This document shows, piece after piece, positions 24,829 through 34,077 of a stretch of 64,000 nucleotides of DNA. The stretch spans positions 39,090-103,089 of the forward strand of contig JAGNSQ010000001.1 in the NCBI GenBank assembly GCA_017987975.1. The letters run 5' to 3'. The position numbers were made by a program, and so were the translations under genes. Below the pieces are notes generated by a model. That model saw only the letters and a program-made list of their open reading frames with translations, did not search any database and was not told the origin of the DNA. Position 1 is the first letter of the stretch. Every line of letters begins with the position of its first letter. The DNA comes from Saprospiraceae bacterium. Its GTDB lineage: Bacteria > Bacteroidota > Bacteroidia > Chitinophagales > Saprospiraceae.

Positions 24829-26887
24829 ATAATTGAATTTTCAATTGGAGCTTTACATCAACTTCTTCTTGATTATTGTGGTTTGTACTTATTTTTGGGT
24901 AAAAGTGAGTGTTTTGTAAATACGTTGTTTGTGCAAATCTGAATTCAGCAGTTAATATTTTATGAAATTTATATCTCACATTTACATAAGCTCGTCGACC
25001 TGTACCAGATAAAAAAGGAAGTGCTGATTCATACAGAATGTCGTTTTCATATGCATAAATCCGGGAATTGTAACCATCAGTTTGAAAAATTGCCAGTCTT
25101 GCGGTTAATGATAAAGGAGAAGACTTGGGATGGTAAATAATATCCTGGTATAGTAATTGTCCTTTTTCAGGATTGTTTGACAGCCGGACAATGTTTAATT
25201 CAGCTCTGGTTCGAAGTTCTAAATAGGGATGTACCTGCCAGGAAGAATTCAATCTGACTTTGTGCCTTTGCCTGATGGCTAATCCTTCTATTTTATTCAA
25301 TGTGTTGTTAACATTGATTTCTTTGGATTCCAGGAAGTACTGCAAATACACATTGAATTTTCGTTTTATAGTGTGCTCTATTCTGACAAGCAGCTCCTTT
25401 CCTCTTGAAGGTGCATCAATTTGATATCTAAGCCATGGATGTTGCCAAAAGTCAAGATAAGCTGAAATTTTCCACTGATAAGCAGGTCTCCATTCTGAGC
25501 CTACATAAATTCCTTTTTCAGCTTGTGGTTTTGATGATTCTCCAAATGCATTGCCATCAAATGTATAATAGCTGAGTCCGTAATTCCTGTAATGAAGGCA
25601 TACATCAATTGTTTTATCCAACGACATTAATAATCCACTTGTTACAGCCAATTCGTTGTTGTAACTTTTTGAAAGCTCGCCAAAAGAGGAAAAATTTTTA
25701 AATGACCATTTCCAATCAAAACTTGTAAGGTGAATGTTTTTTCCATAAAAGTTATAAAGTTCGTATTCGTCATTCCCTTTTGCAATAGCGTTGCTGTAAA
25801 AGTAAGAAAGATGGTTGATGCTAAAGGTAGATCTTTTGTACTGCCATTGTAATTGAAAGCCAACATTTTTTTGATTGGAATTTTTTTTGTTGCCCAACTC
25901 ATTGAGGGTTCTGTGGTATCCACTTTTAATGATAGATTGAATTTCAACCATAGAAGAATCCGTTGAACTAGTTGCGAGATTGGTGTCAATATTTTTATTA
26001 GAAAGAAACCACCCCATTTTGAGTGATGGTAAGATATGAATAACACTGGCAATGCCTCTAAAATAGCCCATTTCATTCACCGATGAGTACGGCCTGAAAG
26101 TGGCCCCCTGCTTCCGGATATGCATCACCATTGAGGATTTGCCTGCTCCAAATCCATTGTGTACAATCAAGCCCTGGCCAAAGCTGGGAACAAAGTCACC
26201 TATTATTAATTCCTGTATCCACTTCCATTTTCGTTTGAGTTGTACATAGCAACTGAAATAGTCAGCCCATTTTCGATTTTTATCCCATGCAATTTTTTCT
26301 CCGGGATCGATTTCCGCAACAAATCCTGCTTTAAATGTATTAGAGCCCTCCCATTTATATCGAGCAACCCAATGCGCAGGTGAACCCAGCATGTTTGTAT
26401 CTGCCAAAATAGAAATTTGACTTGATTTTAATTTTTGTTTCCACTTTATATAAAAAACATGATTGCCTTCTTTCAATATCTGAGGTGTAAAAAGGGCAAA
26501 ATTCAAATTTTTCACCATGAAAAATGGCCTCAACATCTGGATGGTTTTTTCATCCAAAGATGGTATGGTTTGTAATTCTTCCAGGCATATAAAATTACCC
26601 ACACTGGTTGAATGTGATAGGAGTTCATTTTTTTGTAAATCGGTTAGAAAAAAGAAATTGTCTAAATCAACATCTTTTAAATTGTTAAGATCAAGAGGTT
26701 CCTTTTTTAGATCCTCCAAAACAGCCAGATAACTTAAAAAATCCTCCTCTTCATTGCCCGTGTTTTCATACCAGGCATCAAAAATATTTTCAATATCAAC
26801 TTCCAGGGGAGTTTGTGATAGGGCAGGGTTGTAAAAGCCTATAGATAGGCACAATTGGCAAGCTGCCAATAGCAATCTCGGGTACAT
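24827..26887 (-). CDS. helix-hairpin-helix (ComEA-like) domain protein fused to a large predicted outer-membrane beta-barrel-like region
   Basis: Signal peptide present. HhH-like segment LTDLQKNELLSHSTSVGNFICLEELQTIPSLDEKTIQMLRPFF. The remaining ~550 aa are rich in alternating aromatic/polar strands (Y/W/F-x patterns). Confidence 0.6.
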   Translation of the reverse strand: MYPRLLLAACQLCLSIGFYNPALSQTPLEVDIENIFDAWYENTGNEEEDFLSYLAVLEDLKKEPLDLNNLKDVDLDNFFFLTDLQKNELLSHSTSVGNFICLEELQTIPSLDEKTIQMLRPFFMVKNLNFALFTPQILKEGNHVFYIKWKQKLKSSQISILADTNMLGSPAHWVARYKWEGSNTFKAGFVAEIDPGEKIAWDKNRKWADYFSCYVQLKRKWKWIQELIIGDFVPSFGQGLIVHNGFGAGKSSMVMHIRKQGATFRPYSSVNEMGYFRGIASVIHILPSLKMGWFLSNKNIDTNLATSSTDSSMVEIQSIIKSGYHRTLNELGNKKNSNQKNVGFQLQWQYKRSTFSINHLSYFYSNAIAKGNDEYELYNFYGKNIHLTSFDWKWSFKNFSSFGELSKSYNNELAVTSGLLMSLDKTIDVCLHYRNYGLSYYTFDGNAFGESSKPQAEKGIYVGSEWRPAYQWKISAYLDFWQHPWLRYQIDAPSRGKELLVRIEHTIKRKFNVYLQYFLESKEINVNNTLNKIEGLAIRQRHKVRLNSSWQVHPYLELRTRAELNIVRLSNNPEKGQLLYQDIIYHPKSSPLSLTARLAIFQTDGYNSRIYAYENDILYESALPFLSGTGRRAYVNVRYKFHKILTAEFRFAQTTYLQNTHFYPKISTNHNNQEEVDVKLQLKIQL

Positions 26888-26909
26888 TTTTCAAAGCGTT
26901 TGTTCTTTG

Positions 26910-26917
26910 CAAAGTTA
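26910..26917 (-). promoter_or_regulatory. Bacteroidota -7 promoter box (TAACTTTG on minus strand)
   Basis: The plus strand reads CAAAGTTA. The box lies 23 nt upstream of ATG 26887. Confidence 0.5.
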
Positions 26918-26928
26918 TGAGATTATTT

Positions 26929-27507
26929 TCAATGTTGCCATTTTTTTAAAATATCATAAAGTTTGGCCATAGGTAGCCCCATTATATTAGAAAATGTCCC
27001 ATGAATCCATTCTACCTTGCATAGTCCGATCCAATCCTGGATGCCGTATGCGCCAGCTTTGTCAAAGGGCTTGTAATTATCCAGGTAGTAATGAATCTCT
27101 TCTGCATCCAGATTGGCAAATTTGATATCAGACTTTTCAGTAAAGGAGACTTTAGAGTTTTGGCCAGCTACACAAACACCTGTATAAACCTGATGAACAT
27201 TGCCTGAAAGAGCTGTGAGAATTTCGAATGCATTTTCATATGATGTTGGTTTTCCGTAAACAAATCCATCTAATACCACAATGGAATCGGAGGTAATAAC
27301 CAAGCTGTCTTTTTTGGCTAGATGTAGACATGGCTGTGCTTTTTTGATAGCTAAAAACTCAGCGATTTCATGTTCTTTTAAAGATTCCGGATAGTCTTCC
27401 TGAACATCAAATGAAACAACTTCCACATCGAAGCCGGCATCTTCAAGGATTTGTTTTCTTCGGGGTGATTTTGATCCGAGAATAATTTTTTTATTGTGCA
27501 ATTCCAT
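26929..27507 (-). CDS. maf: Maf-like nucleoside triphosphate pyrophosphatase
   Basis: KIILGSKSPRRKQIL, ITSDSIV, DKAGAYGIQ. Confidence 0.9.
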   Translation of the reverse strand: MELHNKKIILGSKSPRRKQILEDAGFDVEVVSFDVQEDYPESLKEHEIAEFLAIKKAQPCLHLAKKDSLVITSDSIVVLDGFVYGKPTSYENAFEILTALSGNVHQVYTGVCVAGQNSKVSFTEKSDIKFANLDAEEIHYYLDNYKPFDKAGAYGIQDWIGLCKVEWIHGTFSNIMGLPMAKLYDILKKWQH

Positions 27508-28411
27508 AAACCTTTAGATTAGGACTAAAAAGTATTAAGTATATCATTCCTGCAAATAATATTAATTTTAAGAAATTGGCTGTTTTGTGATAATCTTTTT
27601 TTTCTCTCCCATTGTTGAGTTTGACAGCGACTTTTGCCATTGGTGCTATAACAAACACAAACGCAAATATACTTTGGTGGAATGAATGTGGGTATATAAA
27701 TTGAAAGGCCACCACTGACATAATGGATGCCGCCAGGCAATATTGAATGTAACTTTTTGTTTTTGCAATTCCAATTGAGATGGGTAATGAAATGGAGCCA
27801 ATTGTTTGGTCTCCATCAATATCTTCAATGTCCTTGACCCACTCTCTGGCAAGGTTTACCAAAAAAGAGAAACAGGCAAAGCCCATCAATAAATACAGAA
27901 CATTCGAATTATCAGGGTCCATTAGTTGATTTCTTTCTGAAATGATCAATATAATGGTAACAAATGAGGTCATAAAGGCAACCACCAGATTGCCTCCAAT
28001 ACCAGATTTTTTAAGTTTTTTAGCATAAAGCCAAAGCAACCATGTGCTAATTGGGTATAAAGTTAACAACGGAAGATTGCGTGTTGCAATAGCAAGGTAG
28101 GTGGCAATTCCCATTCCAATGAGAATTAAAAAATAATAATACCTCCAGGCAATCGATAATGTTATGTGTTTCGGGATCCATGATTTGTCAGGTTTATTTA
28201 TCTGATCGGCCGGAACATCGTAGATGTCGTTGATGAGGTATCCACTACCAGCGATGATCGCAGTACATAAAGCCAATAATGTAAAATGTACAACCGAAAG
28301 TGCAGGTGCTGAAAGCTGGGGTGACAGCACAAAATAATAGATAATTGACTGCGTTAATACAACGATTACAAGATTAAGGGGTCTTAATATTTGAATGTAA
28401 GCCATCATCAA
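27491..28411 (-). CDS. UbiA-family prenyltransferase
   Basis: Polytopic membrane protein with NDIYDVPADQINKP (NDxxDxxxD) and a second Asp-rich motif KDIEDIDGD. Overlaps the maf start by 17 nt. Confidence 0.8.
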   Translation of the reverse strand: MMMAYIQILRPLNLVIVVLTQSIIYYFVLSPQLSAPALSVVHFTLLALCTAIIAGSGYLINDIYDVPADQINKPDKSWIPKHITLSIAWRYYYFLILIGMGIATYLAIATRNLPLLTLYPISTWLLWLYAKKLKKSGIGGNLVVAFMTSFVTIILIISERNQLMDPDNSNVLYLLMGFACFSFLVNLAREWVKDIEDIDGDQTIGSISLPISIGIAKTKSYIQYCLAASIMSVVAFQFIYPHSFHQSIFAFVFVIAPMAKVAVKLNNGREKKDYHKTANFLKLILFAGMIYLILFSPNLKVYGIAQ

Positions 28412-28427
28412 AGATGGTCGATTATCC

Positions 28428-29849
28428 TTAACATTTACCCAATATCCAATGGGTCAGTAATCTTACACCATAAGCAGTAGCACTTCTGGATTTTAAGTAT
28501 TCAGAATCCGTGAAGCTTACACCTGCAATATCAAGGTGGGCCCATGCAGGGTGATTATCAGTAAAGGCTTCTAAAAACTTGGCAGCTGTAATTGCACCTG
28601 CAATTGGCAAACTACTTAAATTTTTTATATCTGCCATATCACTCTGCATTTGTGGTTTGTAATCATCCCATAAAGGAAGACGCCAGTTTTTTTCTCCTGT
28701 TATTCTTCCGGATTGGTACAATTCACCAGCCAATTCTTCATTTTGGGTAAAAAGGCCAGCAGCGGTATAGCCCAACGTAGCAATACAACTACCGGTTAAT
28801 GTTGCGAGATCAATTATATAATCTGGAGTGAAGTTTTTGGCCATATATGACAGTCCGTCTGCTAAAACGAGGCGACCTTCAGCATCGGTATCTATTACTT
28901 CGATTGTCTTACCACTATGACTGTGAATGATGTCGCCAGGACGATAAGCCTTTGAACCCACTGCATTTTCAGCAGCAGGCACTATACCTATCAAATGGAT
29001 GGGCAATTTTAGATCTGCCGCAGCTTGCATTACTCCAATCACAGCTGCTGCTCCAGCCATATCGCTTTTCATATAATGCATATTGGAGGGATTCTTTAAT
29101 GAAATACCACCAGTATCAAAAGTTATTCCTTTGCCAACAAGCCCTATTCTGGCAGCTGGTTTTTTGGCTGGTTTGTATTCCATTATAATAAAGGCGGGTT
29201 CATGTTGACTGCCTTTCCCAACCTCATATAAGGCATGTAACTTGGATTTTTGTAATGCTGCTCCTTTGATTACTTTAACGTCAAACTGATATGCTTTACC
29301 AGTTAATTTTGCAAATTCAGACACATAAAGTGGTGTTTTATAATTAGGGGGCATATTTACTAAATCCATAGCTGAAAAACACGCCTTTGCAATCGTTATT
29401 GATTTTTGAAGTATTTTTTTTGAAAAAACCTGAGGAGCATAAATTTCAATTATTTTAGCCTCTACTGCCTGTTTTTCTTTTTTAATAGATTTAAGTTGGT
29501 ATCCAGACATTAACAAGCCTATCATACATACCTCAAGTTGTTCTTCGGTAAAATGATCAGCTTTCACTACTATTTTACCATCAACTTTTAAATTTTGGTG
29601 AATAACCTTGCGAAAAGGTTGAATCAACTGTTCAGCTCCATTTCGTTTACCTAATCCTAACAACCACCTCTTTTTTTCAAAAGCTGGGTGTATCAGTGTA
29701 TTGATTTCCCCAATTTCCGCTTTAAATTCCCCCGGCTGAGAGAGACCGCTCCATCTTTTAAAATCGAAATGGGAAAGATCATTTTCAAAGATTGGTATAA
29801 CCCAATGGTGGTTTTCAGTGATTTTTGATGTTATGTTTATTTTGTGCAT
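28428..29849 (-). CDS. pepA: leucyl aminopeptidase (M17)
   Basis: VGKGITFDTGGISLK, MKSDMAGAA, DTDAEGRLVLAD, ATLTGS. Confidence 0.9.
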   Translation of the reverse strand: MHKINITSKITENHHWVIPIFENDLSHFDFKRWSGLSQPGEFKAEIGEINTLIHPAFEKKRWLLGLGKRNGAEQLIQPFRKVIHQNLKVDGKIVVKADHFTEEQLEVCMIGLLMSGYQLKSIKKEKQAVEAKIIEIYAPQVFSKKILQKSITIAKACFSAMDLVNMPPNYKTPLYVSEFAKLTGKAYQFDVKVIKGAALQKSKLHALYEVGKGSQHEPAFIIMEYKPAKKPAARIGLVGKGITFDTGGISLKNPSNMHYMKSDMAGAAAVIGVMQAAADLKLPIHLIGIVPAAENAVGSKAYRPGDIIHSHSGKTIEVIDTDAEGRLVLADGLSYMAKNFTPDYIIDLATLTGSCIATLGYTAAGLFTQNEELAGELYQSGRITGEKNWRLPLWDDYKPQMQSDMADIKNLSSLPIAGAITAAKFLEAFTDNHPAWAHLDIAGVSFTDSEYLKSRSATAYGVRLLTHWILGKC

Positions 29850-29854
29850 TTTTT

Positions 29855-30625
29855 TCAGTTTGAATACAACCAGGTTAACGCTTTAGGAAATTCTTGCCCC
29901 CAAAAATATTCCTGATGCGTCCCTTCCGGGTTGTAACTTTCCATAATTTCTATTTGTCCGGTCATTCTTTCTCTACTTTTAAGAATTGAGCCTAAAAAAT
30001 CCATAGATGGTTTTAGTGAGTTACTTTCCTGACCACCTGAATAGAGGTATATTTTTGTGGACCCAAATGGATTAAATTGGGTCGCTTGCTTAAATACCTG
30101 TTCCGAAATCCAGATGCTAGGGCTAAATATCATTAGATTTCCAAACACTTCGTTAAAATTGAAGCCTGCATAAAGGCTAATCAATCCTCCCATTGAACTC
30201 CCTCCAATACCCGTAAACTCTCTACCCGTTTTGACCCTGAAATTTTTATCAATATGAGGTTTCAAATCTTCCATCATAAATTGAAGGTATTGTTCCCCCT
30301 TTTTCTCTGTAAATTTTGGATTATCATAGGGCAAATATTCAGCAATACGCTCTTTGCCCCCATGATCAATGGCTATGACAATCACTTCAATGCCCAAATC
30401 AGCTAATAATGCCAGTTGTTTGTCGACCCCCCAATTTCCAAACGGAGCGTGATCATCAAACAAATTTTGACCGTCGTGCAAATACAAAACGGGGTACGTT
30501 TTATGGCTTGTGGCATAATTATGAGGTAATAATGCTGCCACTCTTCGTCTCCTGTTAAGGTGTGGAATCAGGTAGTCCTCGTCGATCACGTTGATCAGAG
30601 GTTTCTTAAAACTCGGTGGGTTCAT
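29855..30625 (-). CDS. esterase-family alpha/beta hydrolase
   Basis: YPVLYLHDGQN and nucleophile elbow GGSSMGG (esterase D / Fes-like family). Confidence 0.75.
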   Translation of the reverse strand: MNPPSFKKPLINVIDEDYLIPHLNRRRRVAALLPHNYATSHKTYPVLYLHDGQNLFDDHAPFGNWGVDKQLALLADLGIEVIVIAIDHGGKERIAEYLPYDNPKFTEKKGEQYLQFMMEDLKPHIDKNFRVKTGREFTGIGGSSMGGLISLYAGFNFNEVFGNLMIFSPSIWISEQVFKQATQFNPFGSTKIYLYSGGQESNSLKPSMDFLGSILKSRERMTGQIEIMESYNPEGTHQEYFWGQEFPKALTWLYSN

Positions 30626-30629
30626 TGAC

Positions 30630-30637
30630 CAAAGATA
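30630..30637 (-). promoter_or_regulatory. possible -7 promoter box (TATCTTTG on minus strand)
   Basis: The plus strand reads CAAAGATA. The box ends only 4 nt before ATG 30625, so either the mRNA is leaderless or the match is spurious. Confidence 0.3.
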
Positions 30638-30816
30638 ATAATATTGTGTTTTTTCAAAAAGAATGATATTTATTATTAACAGATTGTAGACGCTAAACTC
30701 TGAAAAAGGGAGTGAGGAATATGTTTTATGTTGTTGATAATCAATTATATGTGGCTCAAATGAACGATCTTATACATATTATGTGTATGTTAACATTCTT
30801 TCTAAGCGCTATTGAT

Positions 30817-30824
30817 TATTTTTG
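30817..30824 (+). promoter_or_regulatory. Bacteroidota -7 promoter box (TATTTTTG)
   Basis: Exact TAnnTTTG match, 20 nt upstream of ATG 30844. It lies inside the listed longer ORF 30712.., which argues for the shorter start. Confidence 0.5.
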
Positions 30825-30843
30825 CATAAATAAAAATTATTAT

Positions 30844-32325
30844 ATGAGTATTACAACCCTGGTACTGAATATAGGTATTGTGGCAGCCATTCTTACTCTG
30901 GCCATAGCATTTTTGCTTAAGCTTCATAAATCCTACTTAATGACCTTTTTTCAGTCGTTTTGTGGGGTATTGTTTATTTTTTCCGGTTGGGTAAAGGCTA
31001 TAGACCCTATGGGAACTGCATTTAAAATGGAACAATATTTTAGTGAATTTGAATCTGTATTTTCGCAAACCTGGTTTTCATTTATTGCACCCGTATTTCC
31101 CATGCTTTCCAATATATCAATTTGGTTTTCAGTGGGTATGATTGTTTTTGAGATTGTACTAGGTGTAATGCTGCTTTTGGGATACAAGCCAAAACTTACT
31201 GCGTGGTTGTTTTTTGGTTTAGTAGTGTTTTTTACCATTCTCACTGGATTTACATTTATGACCGGCTATGTACCAGCCGGGGTTAATTTTTTTGACTTTG
31301 GCAATTGGGGTGCCTACAAGGCATCCAACATGAAAGTTACGGACTGTGGTTGTTTTGGTGATTTTATCAAACTTGAACCTAGAATATCCTTTTTTAAAGA
31401 TCTGGCTTTACTGGTTCCTTCTATTTATTTCGTAGAAAGGAGTAAACTTATGCACCAACTTTTGGATAATAAAAAGTCTGGCTGGATAGTTTTCGCTTCC
31501 AATGCTATTTTGATAGGGTATTGTTTATACAATTTTGTCTGGACAGAACCCCATATTGATTTCAGGCCTTTTAAAAACGGAGCCAATATTGCAGCTCAAA
31601 GAAAAGCAGAAGATGATGCCCAGGCCGGAGTAAAAATAACTGCATTTAGCATTAAGGATCTTACTTCAGGAAAAGTAATAGAAGTACCGTATGATCAGTA
31701 TATGAAAGAAGCCGAAAAATATGGGGATGATAAACATTGGGAAGTGTTGGAGCAAATCAAAACAGAACCCAGTATTCCAAGAACCAAGGTTTCGGAATTT
31801 GAGATTACCGATTTTGATGGAGTTGACTTTACGGATATGTTTTTAGCAAATCCAAAAAATAACTTTATGGTTATTTCTCCGAAAATAAAATTTGAGACAG
31901 AGTCTGTAAAAAGTATTGTGCAGGATTCTGTTTTTATTGTAGACACTACACAAGTTTCTGATAAGAATCCGCCGCAAAAGAGATTTTTAAAACTCATGAA
32001 CAAGGAAGTTACCAACACCAACTTTGTATGGCCCGCCTCTTTTATCTCTGATTTAAAAGCTATGAAACCCATTTTGGATGGTGCCCAGTCTGAAGGGAAT
32101 GAAGTTTCGGTAGTTATTGGGGGTATCTCCAAGGAAGCCGCAGAAGATTTGGCGATTGAAACTGGGATCAAAGCCACCTATTTGACAGCTGATGATATTT
32201 TATTAAAAACAATTATCCGTTCCAATCCAGGTTTGGTCTTGTGGAAAAATGGAACCATTCTTCAGAAATGGCATAAAAATCAACTTCCTGCCTATGAAAG
32301 TATTAGATCTACTTTTCTTAAATAA
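30844..32325 (+). CDS. DoxX/MauE-type membrane protein with a C-terminal soluble domain
   Basis: I moved the start to ATG 30844 (MSITTLVLNIG...). Several TM helices and a VTDCGCFGDF motif typical of MauE/DoxX. A hydrophilic domain of about 250 aa follows. Confidence 0.55.
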   Translation: MSITTLVLNIGIVAAILTLAIAFLLKLHKSYLMTFFQSFCGVLFIFSGWVKAIDPMGTAFKMEQYFSEFESVFSQTWFSFIAPVFPMLSNISIWFSVGMIVFEIVLGVMLLLGYKPKLTAWLFFGLVVFFTILTGFTFMTGYVPAGVNFFDFGNWGAYKASNMKVTDCGCFGDFIKLEPRISFFKDLALLVPSIYFVERSKLMHQLLDNKKSGWIVFASNAILIGYCLYNFVWTEPHIDFRPFKNGANIAAQRKAEDDAQAGVKITAFSIKDLTSGKVIEVPYDQYMKEAEKYGDDKHWEVLEQIKTEPSIPRTKVSEFEITDFDGVDFTDMFLANPKNNFMVISPKIKFETESVKSIVQDSVFIVDTTQVSDKNPPQKRFLKLMNKEVTNTNFVWPASFISDLKAMKPILDGAQSEGNEVSVVIGGISKEAAEDLAIETGIKATYLTADDILLKTIIRSNPGLVLWKNGTILQKWHKNQLPAYESIRSTFLK

Positions 32326-33759
32326 TTGGACTTGGGAGAGAGGATAAGTATTTTTGATATCTTTAAAATTGGCATAGGGCCATCGAGTTCTCACACCATG
32401 GGGCCCTGGAAAGCCGCCCTTGATTTTGGGCAGCGACTGTTGGATGGACAGCAGATGGCGGATTTGATTTCTATTGATGTATGGCTGTATGGTTCTTTGG
32501 CAAAGACGGGCAAAGGGCATGGAACCGATATGGCAGTCGTGTTAGGGTTGACCGGCAGACAGCCTGAGTCTATTCCTGTTGATGAAGTAATTCCACTATT
32601 TGAAGCTGTGGAAAGTAGCGGTGAACTTGACCTAATGTCACAAAAACGAATTGATTTTCATACTGCCACGAACATTCATTTTTTGTACGATCAGATGTTG
32701 CCTTTCCATGCGAATGCCTTGACTTTTGTTGCACATTTTAGAGGAGAACATTCCACTGCCAAAACCTATTATTCAGTTGGAGGAGGCTTTGTTGTGTGTG
32801 AAGGAGAAGATCAGCAAAAGATAAATGCTTATGAAATGCCTTATCCCATTGACACAGGTGAAGACTTAAAAAAATGGTGTAACCAATTGAACACTTCAAT
32901 TTCCGGAGTTGTAATGGAAAATGAAAGGGCGTTGCAAAATGAAAATGAGATCAACAAAAGGCTTGGGGCTCTTTGGCAGGTGATGAAAACCTGCATTTTT
33001 GATTCATGTAAAAAGAGCGGGTCTTTGCCTGGTGGGCTGGATGTTCAGAGAAGAGCTTATGAAATGGCAGAAAAATTATTGCCAGGACAGAAGGATATAC
33101 AAAATGTAGATGAATGGATGGGTAGAATCAAAAACCAACCTCAGAGTTTCAGTTCTACCTTGAAATGGCTTAGTTGTTTTGCACTGGCTGTGAATGAAGA
33201 AAATGCCAATTATGGTAGAATTGTAACAGCTCCCACCAATGGGGCAGCTGGCGTGATTCCTGCTGTTTTGATGTATCACCTTTTATTTTCACCTGAGGCC
33301 AAAGAAAGTGATGTTTCCACCTTCTTACTTGTAGCTGGAGAAATGGGAAGTTTGTTTAAAAAAGGGGCTACCATCTCAGCAGCGATGGGAGGATGTCAGG
33401 CGGAAATAGGGGTGTCTTCTGCAATGGCAGCAGCAGCTTTGACGGAATGTTTGGGAGGCAGCAGTGAGCAGGCAATGATGGCAGCCGAAATCGCAATGGA
33501 GCACCATTTAGGGATGACATGCGACCCTATTGGGGGCTTGGTTCAAATACCTTGCATTGAGCGAAACACGATGGGAGCCATCAAAGCGGTTACAGCTTCC
33601 CAGATTGCTTTGGAGTCAGATCCTGCCAAAGCAAAGGTAACCTTAGATGGTGTGATTCGAACTATGAAACAAACAGCTGATGACATGCACCATAAATACA
33701 AAGAAACTTCAGATGGTGGGCTTGCCATTCATATTCCTGTATATATTGTAGAGTGTTGA
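32326..33759 (+). CDS. sdaA: L-serine ammonia-lyase, iron-sulfur type, single chain
   Basis: ISIFDIFKIGIGPSSSHTMGP, APTNGAAGVIPAV, GGCQAEIGVSSAMAA, CDPIGGLVQIPCIERN. TTG start directly after the upstream stop. Confidence 0.92.
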   Translation: MDLGERISIFDIFKIGIGPSSSHTMGPWKAALDFGQRLLDGQQMADLISIDVWLYGSLAKTGKGHGTDMAVVLGLTGRQPESIPVDEVIPLFEAVESSGELDLMSQKRIDFHTATNIHFLYDQMLPFHANALTFVAHFRGEHSTAKTYYSVGGGFVVCEGEDQQKINAYEMPYPIDTGEDLKKWCNQLNTSISGVVMENERALQNENEINKRLGALWQVMKTCIFDSCKKSGSLPGGLDVQRRAYEMAEKLLPGQKDIQNVDEWMGRIKNQPQSFSSTLKWLSCFALAVNEENANYGRIVTAPTNGAAGVIPAVLMYHLLFSPEAKESDVSTFLLVAGEMGSLFKKGATISAAMGGCQAEIGVSSAMAAAALTECLGGSSEQAMMAAEIAMEHHLGMTCDPIGGLVQIPCIERNTMGAIKAVTASQIALESDPAKAKVTLDGVIRTMKQTADDMHHKYKETSDGGLAIHIPVYIVEC

Positions 33760-33863
33760 TATTTAAAGGTTTAAATATTTAATGTAAAAATATGTTACTT
33801 ACGCTTCAACATATTTTTAGAATATTTTTCGCTCTATTTTTTGGCTATGTAAATGGAAAGTTG

Positions 33864-33871
33864 TACTTTTG
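33864..33871 (+). promoter_or_regulatory. Bacteroidota -7 promoter box (TACTTTTG) for tRNA-Ser
   Basis: Exact TAnnTTTG match, 20 nt upstream of tRNA position 1. Confidence 0.5.
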
Positions 33872-33891
33872 CGTTCTCTAAAGAGAGATCA

Positions 33892-33979
33892 GGAAGAATG
33901 GCAGAGTTGGTTTATTGCACCGGTCTTGAAAACCGGCGTACCTGAAAGGGTACCTGGGGTTCGAATCCCTATTCTTCCG
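33892..33979 (+). tRNA. tRNA-Ser (anticodon TGA)
   Basis: Folded by hand. Acceptor GGAAGAA/TTCTTCC, anticodon stem CCGGT/ACCGG with loop CTTGAAA, long variable arm CGTACCTGAAAGGGTACCT, T arm GGGG-TTCGAAT-CCCT. Confidence 0.9.
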
Positions 33980-33981
33980 CT

Positions 33982-34013
33982 AAAGGCACCACAATGTTGG
34001 TGCCTTTTTTTTT
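33982..34013 (+). terminator. intrinsic terminator after tRNA-Ser
   Basis: AAAGGCACCA-caatg-TTGGTGCCTTT followed by T9. Confidence 0.85.
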
Positions 34014-34077
34014 ATTTAAAAATTAACATTGAAATCACCCTTCTTTGTCATCATATCTTTAATTTCACCTTTAAAAA

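Noticed and set aside
30712-30843. N-terminal extensions of several listed ORFs: 30712-30843, 8457-8528, 14769-14786, 37093-37116, 43380-43433, 50971-50982, 61951-61962 and 36623-36628
   Set aside because: The extensions start at non-ATG codons or precede a clear signal peptide or conserved N-terminus. In several cases they contain the gene's own TAnnTTTG box. I preferred the shorter starts.
32203-32520. 105-aa minus-strand ORF spanning the DoxX/sdaA junction
   Set aside because: It lies antisense to two well-supported genes, including the conserved SdaA N-terminus, and it has no motif.
33759-33778. 9-bp AT-only palindrome ATATTTAAA-GG-TTTAAATAT overlapping the sdaA stop
   Set aside because: An AT-only palindrome of this length is expected by chance in AT-rich DNA, and it has no flanking features.
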